Shown: positions 31,697-41,862, counted from the stretch's first letter. The stretch: 64,000 nucleotides of DNA from an uncultured Gemmatimonadales bacterium (GCA_963850905.1 CAWKMU010000003.1:3589248-3653247), one strand, 5' to 3'. Numbers and translations: made by a program. The notes: generated from the sequence alone by a model not told the origin.

Positions 31697-32719
31697 CTAC
31701 ACCTTACCGCGGAACATCCTGTAGATGAACACGAAGTAGCCCACCGCCAGCGCCATCCCGACGAGCCACACGATCAGCCCCGCCGAGAGAGAGTAGGCGC
31801 CGGCCGCAGCGTTGTGCACAGTAAGGTTCAGCGCTGAGTCCGTTGTGGACATGAGCAGGTTCGGATAGACGGCGGCGGCCGCGCCGACGAGCATAGCCGT
31901 CAGGTAGGCAGCGGAGCAAAGAAAGGCTCGCGCGTCGTTGCCCCGTCTGCGGTACAGCAACATCCCCACGAGGCTCGCCGCCACGGCGAGCGGGATGACA
32001 AACAGCACCGGGTGCTCGCGATAGTTCCCGAGCAACTCCGCTCGGATGGACAATGTCAGCACGAGAGTAGCCATCGTGAGCAATGCCAGGAGCGGCCAGA
32101 GGCGTGCAGCCGCGCGCCGGGCGCGCAGATTCAGATCGCCTCCGGTCTTGAGAGCGATCCAATGCGCACCGTGTACGGTCAGGGCCACGAGCGCGAGAGC
32201 GCCTGCGCTGACTGTGTACCAGTCGAGGACACCCGGCTGTGGCCCCACGTCCCAATTAGTCCACAGCGGCAGAAAGAAGAATCCATCCTTGCCGAGCGGC
32301 ACACCGCGGATCACGTTGCCGAATGCTGCACCGAAAAACACAGTCAGGAGCACACTGGAAAGCGCGAAGCAGCCGTCGAAGAGGCCGCGCCAGACGATCG
32401 AATCCATGTGGGTGCGCAGCTCGACGCCGATCCCGCGCAGAACGAGCAGCCAGAGCACAATCGTCAGCGGCAGATAGAACCCGCTGAAGCTGGAGGCGTA
32501 GAGCAGCGGGAAGGCGAAGAACAATGTGCCCCCGCCGGCGATGAGCCACACTTCGTTGCCGTCCCACACCGGGCCGATCGTGCGCAGCACGGTGCGGCGC
32601 TCCTCATCAGTCTTCGCGATCAGCAGGTGCAGCACTCCCGCGCCGAGGTCGAACCCATCCAGCACGACGTAGCCCGTGATCATGAGGGCCACCAGCCAGA
32701 ACCAGATGAAGGGCAGCAC
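31697..32719 (-). CDS. cydB: Cytochrome bd ubiquinol oxidase subunit II
   Basis: YVVLDGFDLGAG, IGPVWDGNEVWL, SGFYLPL and FGNVIRGVP. Terminal YRMFRGKV. Confidence 0.95.
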   Translation of the reverse strand: MLPFIWFWLVALMITGYVVLDGFDLGAGVLHLLIAKTDEERRTVLRTIGPVWDGNEVWLIAGGGTLFFAFPLLYASSFSGFYLPLTIVLWLLVLRGIGVELRTHMDSIVWRGLFDGCFALSSVLLTVFFGAAFGNVIRGVPLGKDGFFFLPLWTNWDVGPQPGVLDWYTVSAGALALVALTVHGAHWIALKTGGDLNLRARRAAARLWPLLALLTMATLVLTLSIRAELLGNYREHPVLFVIPLAVAASLVGMLLYRRRGNDARAFLCSAAYLTAMLVGAAAAVYPNLLMSTTDSALNLTVHNAAAGAYSLSAGLIVWLVGMALAVGYFVFIYRMFRGKV

Positions 32720-32727
32720 GCGGGCTG

Positions 32728-34089
32728 CTACACGACGGCCGGTGCCGACGGATTCTCGGCGACGCCCGCTGCCTGCCGCGGGCCGACCGCGATCTCGTGC
32801 CGGACGAGGTACAAGAAAAGAATCGCCAGCACCGTGTAGAGGCCCATGAATCCGAGCAACGTGAACAGCCCGTTGCCCTCTTGCACGCGGTCGGAGTACC
32901 CCTCGCTCACACGCATGAGACCATACACCAGCCAGGGCTGCCGGCCCGTCTCCGCAGCCAGCCAGCCAGCGGTGTTGGCAACGAATGCGACCGGCGCGCA
33001 CAGCATGATGATCCACAAGGCCCAGCGCGCCTCATACAGTCGCCGACGCCACAACAGCACGGCGGCGAGCGTCATCACTGCCGCGAAGATGGTCCCCAGG
33101 CCAACCATGATGTGATAGCTGTAGTACAGGAGCGGGATGTCTGTGGGCCAGTCTTCCCTGGGGAACGCATTCAACCCCCGCACCTCTCCCGCCGTCGTGC
33201 CGTAAATGAGGAAGCTGAGCGCATTGTTGGCGACGAGCGCATTGTCGATCTGCTGGTGCTGCAAGTCCGGCTGGCCGAGGATCACAATGGGGGCGCCAGC
33301 CCTGGTATTGAACAGGCCTTCCATGGCCGCCGTGGTCACGGGCTGTCGCTTCGCCACATACCGAGCCATAGCGTCGCCGCTCGGGAACAACTGCAGAATG
33401 CACACGATGACGCCGACGATGACCGCCACCCGTAGAAAGAGGCGGCCATGATCGATGTGCTCCCGTTGCAGGAGATAGTACGCGCCCACACCAGCCACGA
33501 CCAGCGCGCCCGTGATCACGGCGCCGCCCATGGTGTGCACAAACTGCAGCAGTGCCCAGGGACTCGAGAGCAGCCCCCAGAAGCTCGTGAGTTGAAAGCT
33601 GCCGTCCGCGAGACGCGCATATGCGACCGGGTCCTGCATCCAAGCATTGGTCGCGATGATGAAATAGGCTGACAGCCAGGACCCCAGAAATACGAGAAAC
33701 GCCGTCCACCAATGGGCGACGCGACTCAAGCGGTTCTCACCGTACAGGAAGAGCCCCAGGAACGCGGATTCGAGAAAGAATGCAAACACGCCTTCCATCA
33801 CGACCGTCGACCCGATCACCCCGCCTGTCACCCGTGAGAACCGCGCCCAGTTCGTCCCGAACTGAAACTCCATCGGGATCCCGGTGACCACGCCGAAGAG
33901 AAAGCTGATCCCGAAGATCCGACCCCAGAAACGTGCAGCGTCGTTGTACGACTCGTTTCGCGTGCGGAGCGCGATCGTTTTCAGTATCACGATGAGCAGC
34001 GCGAGCCCCATCGTGAGCTGGGGAAAGAGGTAGTGGAACGTGATCGTGAACGCGAACTGAAGCCGGTGGATCAGGAGGGTGCTGTCCAT
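32728..34089 (-). CDS. cydA: Cytochrome bd ubiquinol oxidase subunit I (short Q-loop)
   Basis: RLQFAFTITFHYLF, GVVTGIPMEFQFGTNW, FFLES, NAWMQ, HIMVGLG and ETGRQPW. Confidence 0.95.
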   Translation of the reverse strand: MDSTLLIHRLQFAFTITFHYLFPQLTMGLALLIVILKTIALRTRNESYNDAARFWGRIFGISFLFGVVTGIPMEFQFGTNWARFSRVTGGVIGSTVVMEGVFAFFLESAFLGLFLYGENRLSRVAHWWTAFLVFLGSWLSAYFIIATNAWMQDPVAYARLADGSFQLTSFWGLLSSPWALLQFVHTMGGAVITGALVVAGVGAYYLLQREHIDHGRLFLRVAVIVGVIVCILQLFPSGDAMARYVAKRQPVTTAAMEGLFNTRAGAPIVILGQPDLQHQQIDNALVANNALSFLIYGTTAGEVRGLNAFPREDWPTDIPLLYYSYHIMVGLGTIFAAVMTLAAVLLWRRRLYEARWALWIIMLCAPVAFVANTAGWLAAETGRQPWLVYGLMRVSEGYSDRVQEGNGLFTLLGFMGLYTVLAILFLYLVRHEIAVGPRQAAGVAENPSAPAVV

Positions 34090-34569
34090 CGCGCAAGGCC
34101 CACCAGGGTTGGATCGCGGAGTCGACGGCTCAGCGCCAATCTAGTCCGTCGCGAGAGGCATGGCAGTGCTTGCCAGCTGACCAACGGCTCCGGCTCCGCC
34201 GGGACAGCGACAATCGTCAACCTTGGTCACATTGCTCGGCGCTTCGTGAACGCCTTAACTGCAACCCGGCGAACGACGCACGAGTGATCAAATCCGCATG
34301 CCGCGGGCGCTCTAGGGAGAGCGCGTTGGTGCGGCCCGGAGATCTGACCAGGGTGGCCCGCCACGCATCACGCGGCCGAGGTCGCGGACGTGATCGGGGG
34401 GCGGCTAAGGGGTACGTGAGCGGGCCCACCTTGGAATTACGTCGCGGGCAACTGGGATGTAAGAGGCCTCCTATCGCAGTCAAACGCCCCTGCTGTTCGC
34501 TCGCGCCACTGATGCGTGCGTCGCCGACGGCCGTCCTTCCGGCTACCTTCTCCGGAGAACGGAGGCCGG

Positions 34570-37248
34570 ATGGACGCTGGGACGATCGGCGGGCTACAAG
34601 GGGTCCTGGGTGAGCGCTACCGCATCGAGCGGGAGCTCGGTCGCGGCGGCATGGCCGCCGTCTATCTGGCCGAGGACACGCGCCACGCTCGGCTGGTCGC
34701 CCTCAAGGTGCTCCACCCGGAGCTCGCCGCTGCGGTGGGACTCAAGCGCTTTCGCCAGGAGATCGCGATCGTCGCACAGCTCCAGCACCCGAATATCCTC
34801 GCGCTGCTGGACTCCTGTGAGTCATCCGGGGGTCCCCTCTGGTACACAATGCCATACGTCGAGGGCGCGACCCTGCGCGAGCGCCTCACTCGACAGCACC
34901 AGCTTCCGCTGGAGGATGCGCTCCGGATTACCCGAGAGGTTGCATCTGCGCTCGACTACGCGCATCGCCGGGGCGTCATCCATCGCGATGTCAAACCCGA
35001 GAACATCCTGCTGGCATCCGATGGTCAAGCGTTGCTCACCGACTTCGGGATCGCTCGGGATCTGCTCAGCACCCATGTCGAGCCAACCTCGAGCGAGCGG
35101 CGGCTGACCGATACCGGAGTAAGCCTCGGGACGCTCGAGTACATGAGCCCCGAGCAGACAGCTGGAGCCCGCGACGTCGATGCCCGCACCGATATATACG
35201 CACTGGGTTGCGTGTTGTACGAGATGCTGGCCGGCGAGCCACCCTTCACCGGCGCCACGCCCCAGGCCCTCGTGGCACGGCGCCTCGTGGAGCGACCGCT
35301 CTCACTCGGAGCGGTCCGAGACCGCATCCCTGAGGAGATCGAGCAGGCGGTCGAGATCGCGCTGGCCCGTTCTCCTGCGGATCGCTACCAGAGCGTAGCC
35401 GAGTTCCGAGAGGCCCTGGAGACGCCGCCGAGCGCGGAGGGAACATCGAGAAGACACAGACACCCAGCGGCCACTGCTCGCAGACGACTGGGGCAGGCCG
35501 CCGCCATTGCGGGGCTTCTCGTCGCCGCGCTCGTCGTGTTCGCGTGGACGCGATGGAATGCGCGGCCGAGCGCGAGTGCACCGGCATCGCTGGCCGTACT
35601 GCCGTTCGAGAATATCGGCGATACGGCCAGTGCGTACTACGGCAGCGGCATCGCGGACGAGATCAGGAACAAGCTCGCATCGCTGCCGGGCGCACGGGTG
35701 ATCGCCCGGGCGAGCTCCACGCAATACCGTCATACCGGCAAGTCGCCGCAGGTGATTGCGCAGGAACTCGGAGTGGAGCACCTGCTGATGGGACAGGTAC
35801 AGGTGCCCAAGGTCCCCTCCGCTACAGGTCACGTGCACGTGAACGCGAAGCTGATTCGCATCTCGAGTCGATCGGCGCCCCGCACCGAGTGGGAGGCCCC
35901 TTTCGACGGACAACTGTCGGATGTGTTCCGTCTGCAGGCCGAGATCGCCGCTGCCGCCGCGTCAGCCCTCGGCATCGCGGGCGGAAATGCCAGGACCGCG
36001 CTCGAGACCGACCAACCAACGACCAACCTCGACGCCTACGACGCGTATCTGCAGGCGGAGGCCCTTCGAGGCGACAACAGCCCCGGGATGCTCCGCCACC
36101 GGGAGGAGCTCTACACACGGGCGATCGCCGCTGATTCGAGCTTTGGCCTCGCATGGGCGTCGCTCGCGTTTGTTCACGCGGCGATCTTCTACTACTCGTC
36201 GCCAACCGTAGATGAGGCGACCGGCGCGGCGTACGCGTTGTCCCGCGCGCAGGCGCTCATCCCCGAGCGTCCAGAGACCAAGATCGTTCTCAGCTACTAT
36301 GAGTCTGCCGTTCGGCGCGATCCGAACGCCGCGCGCGCCGCCGCCGAGACCGGACTCACGACGGCCCCGGACAACGTAGACCTCCTCACCGCCGCGGCCA
36401 ACGCGGAGCGCTCGGCGGGAGCCTGGGAGTTGGCGCTCCAGCATTCTGAACGGGCTGCGCTCCTCGATCCCCGTTCGTTGGCGGCAGCAGCCAGTTTCGG
36501 GACGAGCCTGCACTACCTCAGGCGATATCACGCCGCACACGAGGCCTACGACCACGCGCTGGCGATTGCCCCGCGATCGCTTGGGATGGCGGAATTCCAG
36601 ACGATGGTGAGCATCGCGCAGGGCGATACGGTTGCCGCGCGCGCGGTCATCCGCCGCTCCTTGTCGGTCGCCGATACCACTGCCCTGATCACCTTCCTCG
36701 GTGAAGAGAATAGCCTGTACTGGATCCTCGACGACAATTTGCAGAAGCGGCTCTTGAGCCTTGGTCCAGATAGCTTCGACGATCACGGATCCTGGGGATT
36801 GGTTCGGGCCGAGGTGTATTGGCTGCGAGGCGATACCGCGCGCGCACGGGTGTACGCGGATACGGGACGCCGGGTGCTCGCCGAGCAAGTCAGAAACGGG
36901 GCGAACGACGAACTGCAGTACATCACGCTCGGACTCGCCTATGCCTACCTCGGTCAGAAGGCTCAGGCGATCAAGTACGGCGAACAAGGAGCGGCGATGA
37001 AAACCCTCGCGAACGACCACGTCGCTGGGCTCTACGACCAGCAGGTGCTCGCCCAGATCTACACCGTGATCGGCGAGCCTGACAAAGCGATCGATCACCT
37101 CGATCCACTGCTCCGCGTGCCATCATTTCTCTCGCCTGCGTTCCTCCGCGTCGACCCTGTGTGGGCGTCGCTCCGCGGGAACCTGCGGTTCCAGGCGATG
37201 ACGCGCGATACGGCGCCCGAGCATCAGCCACCCGCGAGCGGTCCGTGA
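34570..37248 (+). CDS. Hanks-type Ser/Thr protein kinase with TM helix, TolB-like domain and TPR repeats
   Basis: LGRGGMAAVY, VALK, HRDVKPEN, DFG and YMSPEQ. Then SLAVLPFEN and NLDAYDAYL followed by TPR-like helices. Confidence 0.93.
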   Translation: MDAGTIGGLQGVLGERYRIERELGRGGMAAVYLAEDTRHARLVALKVLHPELAAAVGLKRFRQEIAIVAQLQHPNILALLDSCESSGGPLWYTMPYVEGATLRERLTRQHQLPLEDALRITREVASALDYAHRRGVIHRDVKPENILLASDGQALLTDFGIARDLLSTHVEPTSSERRLTDTGVSLGTLEYMSPEQTAGARDVDARTDIYALGCVLYEMLAGEPPFTGATPQALVARRLVERPLSLGAVRDRIPEEIEQAVEIALARSPADRYQSVAEFREALETPPSAEGTSRRHRHPAATARRRLGQAAAIAGLLVAALVVFAWTRWNARPSASAPASLAVLPFENIGDTASAYYGSGIADEIRNKLASLPGARVIARASSTQYRHTGKSPQVIAQELGVEHLLMGQVQVPKVPSATGHVHVNAKLIRISSRSAPRTEWEAPFDGQLSDVFRLQAEIAAAAASALGIAGGNARTALETDQPTTNLDAYDAYLQAEALRGDNSPGMLRHREELYTRAIAADSSFGLAWASLAFVHAAIFYYSSPTVDEATGAAYALSRAQALIPERPETKIVLSYYESAVRRDPNAARAAAETGLTTAPDNVDLLTAAANAERSAGAWELALQHSERAALLDPRSLAAAASFGTSLHYLRRYHAAHEAYDHALAIAPRSLGMAEFQTMVSIAQGDTVAARAVIRRSLSVADTTALITFLGEENSLYWILDDNLQKRLLSLGPDSFDDHGSWGLVRAEVYWLRGDTARARVYADTGRRVLAEQVRNGANDELQYITLGLAYAYLGQKAQAIKYGEQGAAMKTLANDHVAGLYDQQVLAQIYTVIGEPDKAIDHLDPLLRVPSFLSPAFLRVDPVWASLRGNLRFQAMTRDTAPEHQPPASGP

Positions 37249-37265
37249 TTCGAGTGTTCTAGCTC

Positions 37266-38654
37266 TTGGCGCAAACCGCGACGCCGGACGACGACCGACG
37301 GGGTCTCGCGCGCCAACTCGGGCTGCGTGAGGCAACGGCCATCGTGATCGGCGGCATCATCGGATCCGGGATCTTCATGACACCGGGCATCGTTGCGCGA
37401 CAGGCCGGAACGCCGGCCCTCGCGTTACTCGTTTGGACCGTCGCGGGTGGCCTGGCATTTTGCGGCGCCCTCTCATTTGCCGAGCTGGGCGCCTCGATCC
37501 CCCAGACGGGCGGCACGTATCAGTTCCTGCGCATCGCCTATGGTACTCCACTAGTCGCGTTTCTCTGCGGGTGGGCATTCTTTTTCGTCGACGGCGCCGG
37601 CGCTATCGCCTCGCTCGCCACGACATTCGCGACCTACAGTGGCTTCTTCCTGAGCCGTTTCGTGCCGATGTCTGCCGCGCCGCTCCGCATCGTCGCCGTA
37701 CTGACGATTGCGATCATCGCCGCCGTCAACTACGTCGGAGTCAAGGCTGGCGGACGAGTGCAGGTCGTTTTCACTGTGCTCAAGATTGCAGCGCTGGTCG
37801 GCATCATCGCGGCAGGGCTCCTCGCCAAGGGGGGATGGGATCACTTCCACACCACTCCTGGCGTGCGACCTGAGGGCGCGCTGGGCGCGCGCTTTGCCAC
37901 CGGAATGATTGGGGCGCTCTTCTCGTACGCGGGCTGGTCGTATACCAGCTATGTCGCCGGCGAAATCGACAATCCCCGGCGCAACCTGCCACTGTCGATC
38001 CTCCTCGGCATGGCAGTCGTGCTCGCCGCATACCTCGGCGTGAACGTCGCGTACATGAAAGTGCTGCCCTTCCGCGAGCTTCAGCAGTCATCGTTGGTGG
38101 CATCCGACGCAATGCGGCGAGTGATTGGTCCCGGGAGCGCCGGCCTCATCGCCGCCGCCGTCATGGTGTCGACGGTCGGAGCGCTCAATGCCGTCACGCT
38201 GGCGTACGCGCGAATCGGATTCGCGATGGCACGTGACGGACTGTTCTTCGAGCGGCTGCGGACGGTGCATCCTCGCTATCACACGCCCGCGGATGCCATC
38301 GTCGTCTTGGCGATGGTCGCCGCTGCGTTCGCGTTGTCCGGGAGCTTCGAGCAAATCGTGAACTACTTCGCGTTCATCGATTACTTCTTCTTCGGCCTAG
38401 CCGTGGCGTCGGTCATCATTTTGCGACGCCGGTTTCCGTCGATGCCCCGCCCGTTCAAGATGTGGGGCTACCCGGTGACCCCGCTGCTCTTCCTCGTCAC
38501 CACCGCGTGGTACCTCTCGCAGGTCCTGACGCACCGCTTCCGGGAATCCATGGTTGGCATCGGCATTCTCTTGGCGGGCATTCCCTTCTACTGGTATTGG
38601 CGACGCGCACAGACGGCGGCCGCGGCCTCGGTGGACGCAGCGCGCGTTGGGTGA
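37266..38654 (+). CDS. APC-family amino acid permease (LAT/SteT-like)
   Basis: IIGSGIF, FAELGASIPQTGG, FSYAGW, GEIDNPRRNLP, AMARDG and RPFKMWGYP. Confidence 0.92.
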   Translation: MAQTATPDDDRRGLARQLGLREATAIVIGGIIGSGIFMTPGIVARQAGTPALALLVWTVAGGLAFCGALSFAELGASIPQTGGTYQFLRIAYGTPLVAFLCGWAFFFVDGAGAIASLATTFATYSGFFLSRFVPMSAAPLRIVAVLTIAIIAAVNYVGVKAGGRVQVVFTVLKIAALVGIIAAGLLAKGGWDHFHTTPGVRPEGALGARFATGMIGALFSYAGWSYTSYVAGEIDNPRRNLPLSILLGMAVVLAAYLGVNVAYMKVLPFRELQQSSLVASDAMRRVIGPGSAGLIAAAVMVSTVGALNAVTLAYARIGFAMARDGLFFERLRTVHPRYHTPADAIVVLAMVAAAFALSGSFEQIVNYFAFIDYFFFGLAVASVIILRRRFPSMPRPFKMWGYPVTPLLFLVTTAWYLSQVLTHRFRESMVGIGILLAGIPFYWYWRRAQTAAAASVDAARVG

Positions 38655-38706
38655 CCGAGATACGGTTTCGCCGGTCACCAGCAATGAGGACGCAAAACCC
38701 GGCTGC

Positions 38707-40038
38707 TCAATCGTCGAACGTGTACTTCGGCGTCGCGAACGCCGTCGCCAGCGCAGCCACGTCGCTGGACACCGCATCCGCTGCCTCTCGGTCGAGCGCG
38801 GCGCGCCGCACGAGCCTCGCGACATACTGCATCTCGGGCTCGCACATCCCCTGGCGAGTGAGCTCCTGGACCGACAGCCGAAGGCCCGTGCGGACGCCGC
38901 GCGCCCGGTCACCCCGCATGTGACTCGCCTGAAAGAAGATATTGGAGGCGCGGCAGAGCTCCTCGACGTGCCGCGCGCCGATCGCGGTGGCGTCGAGGAA
39001 GATCTGATGCGTCATCGTGTAATTCCGCTCGGCGGCCAGGACGCTGAATCCCTCGTCGGATAGCGCGCGGCCAAGGGCCCGAGCGTTCGCCACCATCTGA
39101 CGGCCGTACGACTGCCCGAACGCGCTCATCTCAGCCAGCGAGTACGCCGTGGCCGCGTACTTGTTCTGATCGCGTGTCTGCATGAGGGGTGGGAACGGAA
39201 TCTGCCAGAGTCGTTCGGCGATCGCGGCGTCATTGGTCACGATCAACCCACCGACGGGCCCACCCATGACCTTGTGCGTGCTCATCGTCATGAGGTGCGC
39301 GCCTTCCGCCAACGGGTTCTGGAACTCGCCGGCGGCAACGAGGAGGGCCAGATGGGCGGCGTCGTACAGGAACACGGCGCCGATCTCGTCGGCGATCGCG
39401 CGCAGCTCGCGCACCGGATACGGGAAGAGCACATAACTGCCACCGACGACGAGGAGCGCCGGGTGGAGCGCTCGCGCGGCCTCGCGCACGCCATCCACGT
39501 CGACCTCGAAGCACTCGCCAGCGATTGGCATGTCGTGAACCGACAAGCCGCGGAGATCCGGGATGGCTCCCGGGTGGTAGCCCATATTGGCACCGCCGTC
39601 CATGGACTGGACGAGCAGCGTGTCACCCGGCTTGGTCAGGGCGAAGAGCACAACGGTGTTGGCCATCGTCGTACTCGTCGCGCGCCACTCGACGAATTCC
39701 GCCCTGAACAACCGTCTCGCATGCGCAATGATCAGCGCCTCCAGCTCGTCCACCCAGCGATTCTGGTTGTGTCCAATAGGAAACTCGCGGTCGCCGGGCG
39801 GTCCCTCGGACACGCGGGTGGCGAGATCGGAATCGAGGAGCCGCCGCGCAGCGTCGGAGATCGTGCTTTCTGCGGCATTGAGGTTCAAGCACTGATGTCG
39901 GCGGTGTACTTCGTGTTCGGCGACCAGCTGGACGATGCGATCCGCTACACGCGCCGGCGTGGCGGTGTCGACCGATTGAGCGACGCGCTCGAGATACGCC
40001 CGGCTCGCGGGCGTCAGCTTGTTCCAGGTCGTATGCAT
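38707..40038 (-). CDS. Divergent serine hydroxymethyltransferase-like PLP enzyme
   Basis: YDAAHLALL and MSTHKVMGGPVGG (PLP Lys), THQI, GLRL. The canonical EGYPGxRYY is replaced by EGPPGDREF. Confidence 0.8.
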   Translation of the reverse strand: MHTTWNKLTPASRAYLERVAQSVDTATPARVADRIVQLVAEHEVHRRHQCLNLNAAESTISDAARRLLDSDLATRVSEGPPGDREFPIGHNQNRWVDELEALIIAHARRLFRAEFVEWRATSTTMANTVVLFALTKPGDTLLVQSMDGGANMGYHPGAIPDLRGLSVHDMPIAGECFEVDVDGVREAARALHPALLVVGGSYVLFPYPVRELRAIADEIGAVFLYDAAHLALLVAAGEFQNPLAEGAHLMTMSTHKVMGGPVGGLIVTNDAAIAERLWQIPFPPLMQTRDQNKYAATAYSLAEMSAFGQSYGRQMVANARALGRALSDEGFSVLAAERNYTMTHQIFLDATAIGARHVEELCRASNIFFQASHMRGDRARGVRTGLRLSVQELTRQGMCEPEMQYVARLVRRAALDREAADAVSSDVAALATAFATPKYTFDD

Positions 40039-40072
40039 GCCGTGAGAAGCAGGGGTCGAGTGACAGGAATGT

Positions 40073-41512
40073 TCAGGAAGCTGATGCGGGGAGGGCCTCT
40101 GCGGGATCGTCTTGACGCATCGCGGCCGCCTGCGTCGTCATCAGGCTGACGGCAACGAATGCGATGGCGGAGAGTGAATATGCGATGAGGAGTCCAAGAT
40201 CGACGCTGAAGATGCCGTGAAAGCGCCCCGGCAGTCCGGCGACGAACGCAGCCACCCCCGCGGCGCCACCGACCGCCATGCCCGCGAGCGCTCCCTGGTA
40301 GGTCGCCCCACGCCAGAGGACCCCACCCAGCAGCGGCACGAGCATGCTGCCCATGTACGGGTAGTTGAAGATGATGATCGTGTAGAGAATGCCTTTTCGT
40401 GCATGAAGCGCGAGGACGCACCCGATCACGAGAGCCCCGACCAGAGCAACCCGCGAGACGGTCTTGGCATGCTTCAACTCATCCAGCTGGACCGTCGGGT
40501 GCAGGATCTTGTTGTAGAAGTCGCGCGAGACGCACCCCGCGAGCGAGATCAACAAGCCAGTGCCACTCGACATTGCCGCACCGAGGAGCGCCGCGACCAC
40601 AAGTCCCGCCACCGCCGGATGCAGCAGCGCCTGAATCGCGTGGGGGAGTACCGATACTGCAGGAACGTCCGGAAACATGCGCCGCCCGACCGCACCGATG
40701 AAGGCCGTGCATAGCGTCACGAAGATGACGATCACGCCGGCGAGCACGCAGCCCCATTTGGCAATGCGGCCCGAGCTCGCCGACTGGTACCGCAGGAAGG
40801 CGTCGTAGGACACCGAGATCGAGAGCAGGAACGGCAACACGAGGAATACGGCCTTGGACGCCATGCCCGGCGGTATGAACGGCTGCGAGAGTATCTGGCC
40901 GATCGCGCGGCGATCGTGCAGCGAAGCGAGTGTCATCACCGCGGCGAGCGGAATGCCAATCACGAGTATCCCGACCTGCACGAGGTCGACCGTCGCGATA
41001 CTCCACATGCCCCCGAGGACGCTGTACACCGCAATCACAGTACCGACGAGAATGAGGGCTGTTTGGAAGTCGAAACCAAAGATGGACAGGACTGACGCGG
41101 CGGCGAGCACCTGGGCGACGAAGATCCCCAGGAGGCTCGGAATGTTGCAGACTGCCGCCCAGAGGCGCACCCAGCGGCGCTCGGCGAAGCGGACTCCAAA
41201 GAAGTCCAGGGGCACGTATCCGTTATTCCCCCACAGCTTCGACGCGACCACCAGTCCCGCGATGATGAGGCCGACCCCGCAGCCAAGCCCGTACCATACA
41301 CCCGGCCAGATTCCCGACTCCGCTCCGGTTTCCGCGCTGCCCAGGACGATCCCCGCACCGATCTGCACGCCAGCCATCGTCGCGGTCGTCAGCACGAGCC
41401 CAAGCTTCCGCCCCGCGACCAGGAAATCCGATGCGCTCTTGTTGCGCTTGCTCAGTATGGCCCCGAGCGCAAGCATCACCGCGAAGTACAGCACGACGAC
41501 CGAGAGGAGCAT
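40073..41512 (-). CDS. Sodium:solute symporter (SSS) family
   Basis: SDFLVAGRKL, YSVLGGMWSIATVDLVQ, GAAMSS and SRDFY. About 13 TM segments. Confidence 0.9.
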   Translation of the reverse strand: MLLSVVVLYFAVMLALGAILSKRNKSASDFLVAGRKLGLVLTTATMAGVQIGAGIVLGSAETGAESGIWPGVWYGLGCGVGLIIAGLVVASKLWGNNGYVPLDFFGVRFAERRWVRLWAAVCNIPSLLGIFVAQVLAAASVLSIFGFDFQTALILVGTVIAVYSVLGGMWSIATVDLVQVGILVIGIPLAAVMTLASLHDRRAIGQILSQPFIPPGMASKAVFLVLPFLLSISVSYDAFLRYQSASSGRIAKWGCVLAGVIVIFVTLCTAFIGAVGRRMFPDVPAVSVLPHAIQALLHPAVAGLVVAALLGAAMSSGTGLLISLAGCVSRDFYNKILHPTVQLDELKHAKTVSRVALVGALVIGCVLALHARKGILYTIIIFNYPYMGSMLVPLLGGVLWRGATYQGALAGMAVGGAAGVAAFVAGLPGRFHGIFSVDLGLLIAYSLSAIAFVAVSLMTTQAAAMRQDDPAEALPASAS

Positions 41513-41526
41513 GAATGATCTCGCCC

Positions 41527-41862
41527 TTAAGTGTCGCCCTTGAGCTTCCAGTTCACGCGGCTGACGAAGGGGCGATTGAGCACGATAGCGCCGGGTTCTG
41601 GGCAGACGTCCACGCAGCTCCCCTCGAACCAGCACTCACCGGGGAACACCACCAGCGGTGCCCCACCTCGCTCCGGGCTGGGAAGGAACAAGTCCACTGG
41701 GCAGATATTGACGCACCGATTGCAGCCCGTGCACGTCTCGGGGAAAATGGTAACGGGGTCGACCATCGCCCGCTCGTAACCAACGGTGATTTTCCGGGGT
41801 TCAGCATCGCTGTAGTCCCCCGACCCCTGCCCCCTGGCCCCAGACTCCGTGTCTTCAGTCAT
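41527..41862 (-). CDS. AprB-like dicluster ferredoxin
   Basis: CTGCNRCVNICP and ECWFEGSCVDVCP..GAI. Start overlaps the 3' end of the flavoprotein gene. Confidence 0.85.
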   Translation of the reverse strand: MTEDTESGARGQGSGDYSDAEPRKITVGYERAMVDPVTIFPETCTGCNRCVNICPVDLFLPSPERGGAPLVVFPGECWFEGSCVDVCPEPGAIVLNRPFVSRVNWKLKGDT

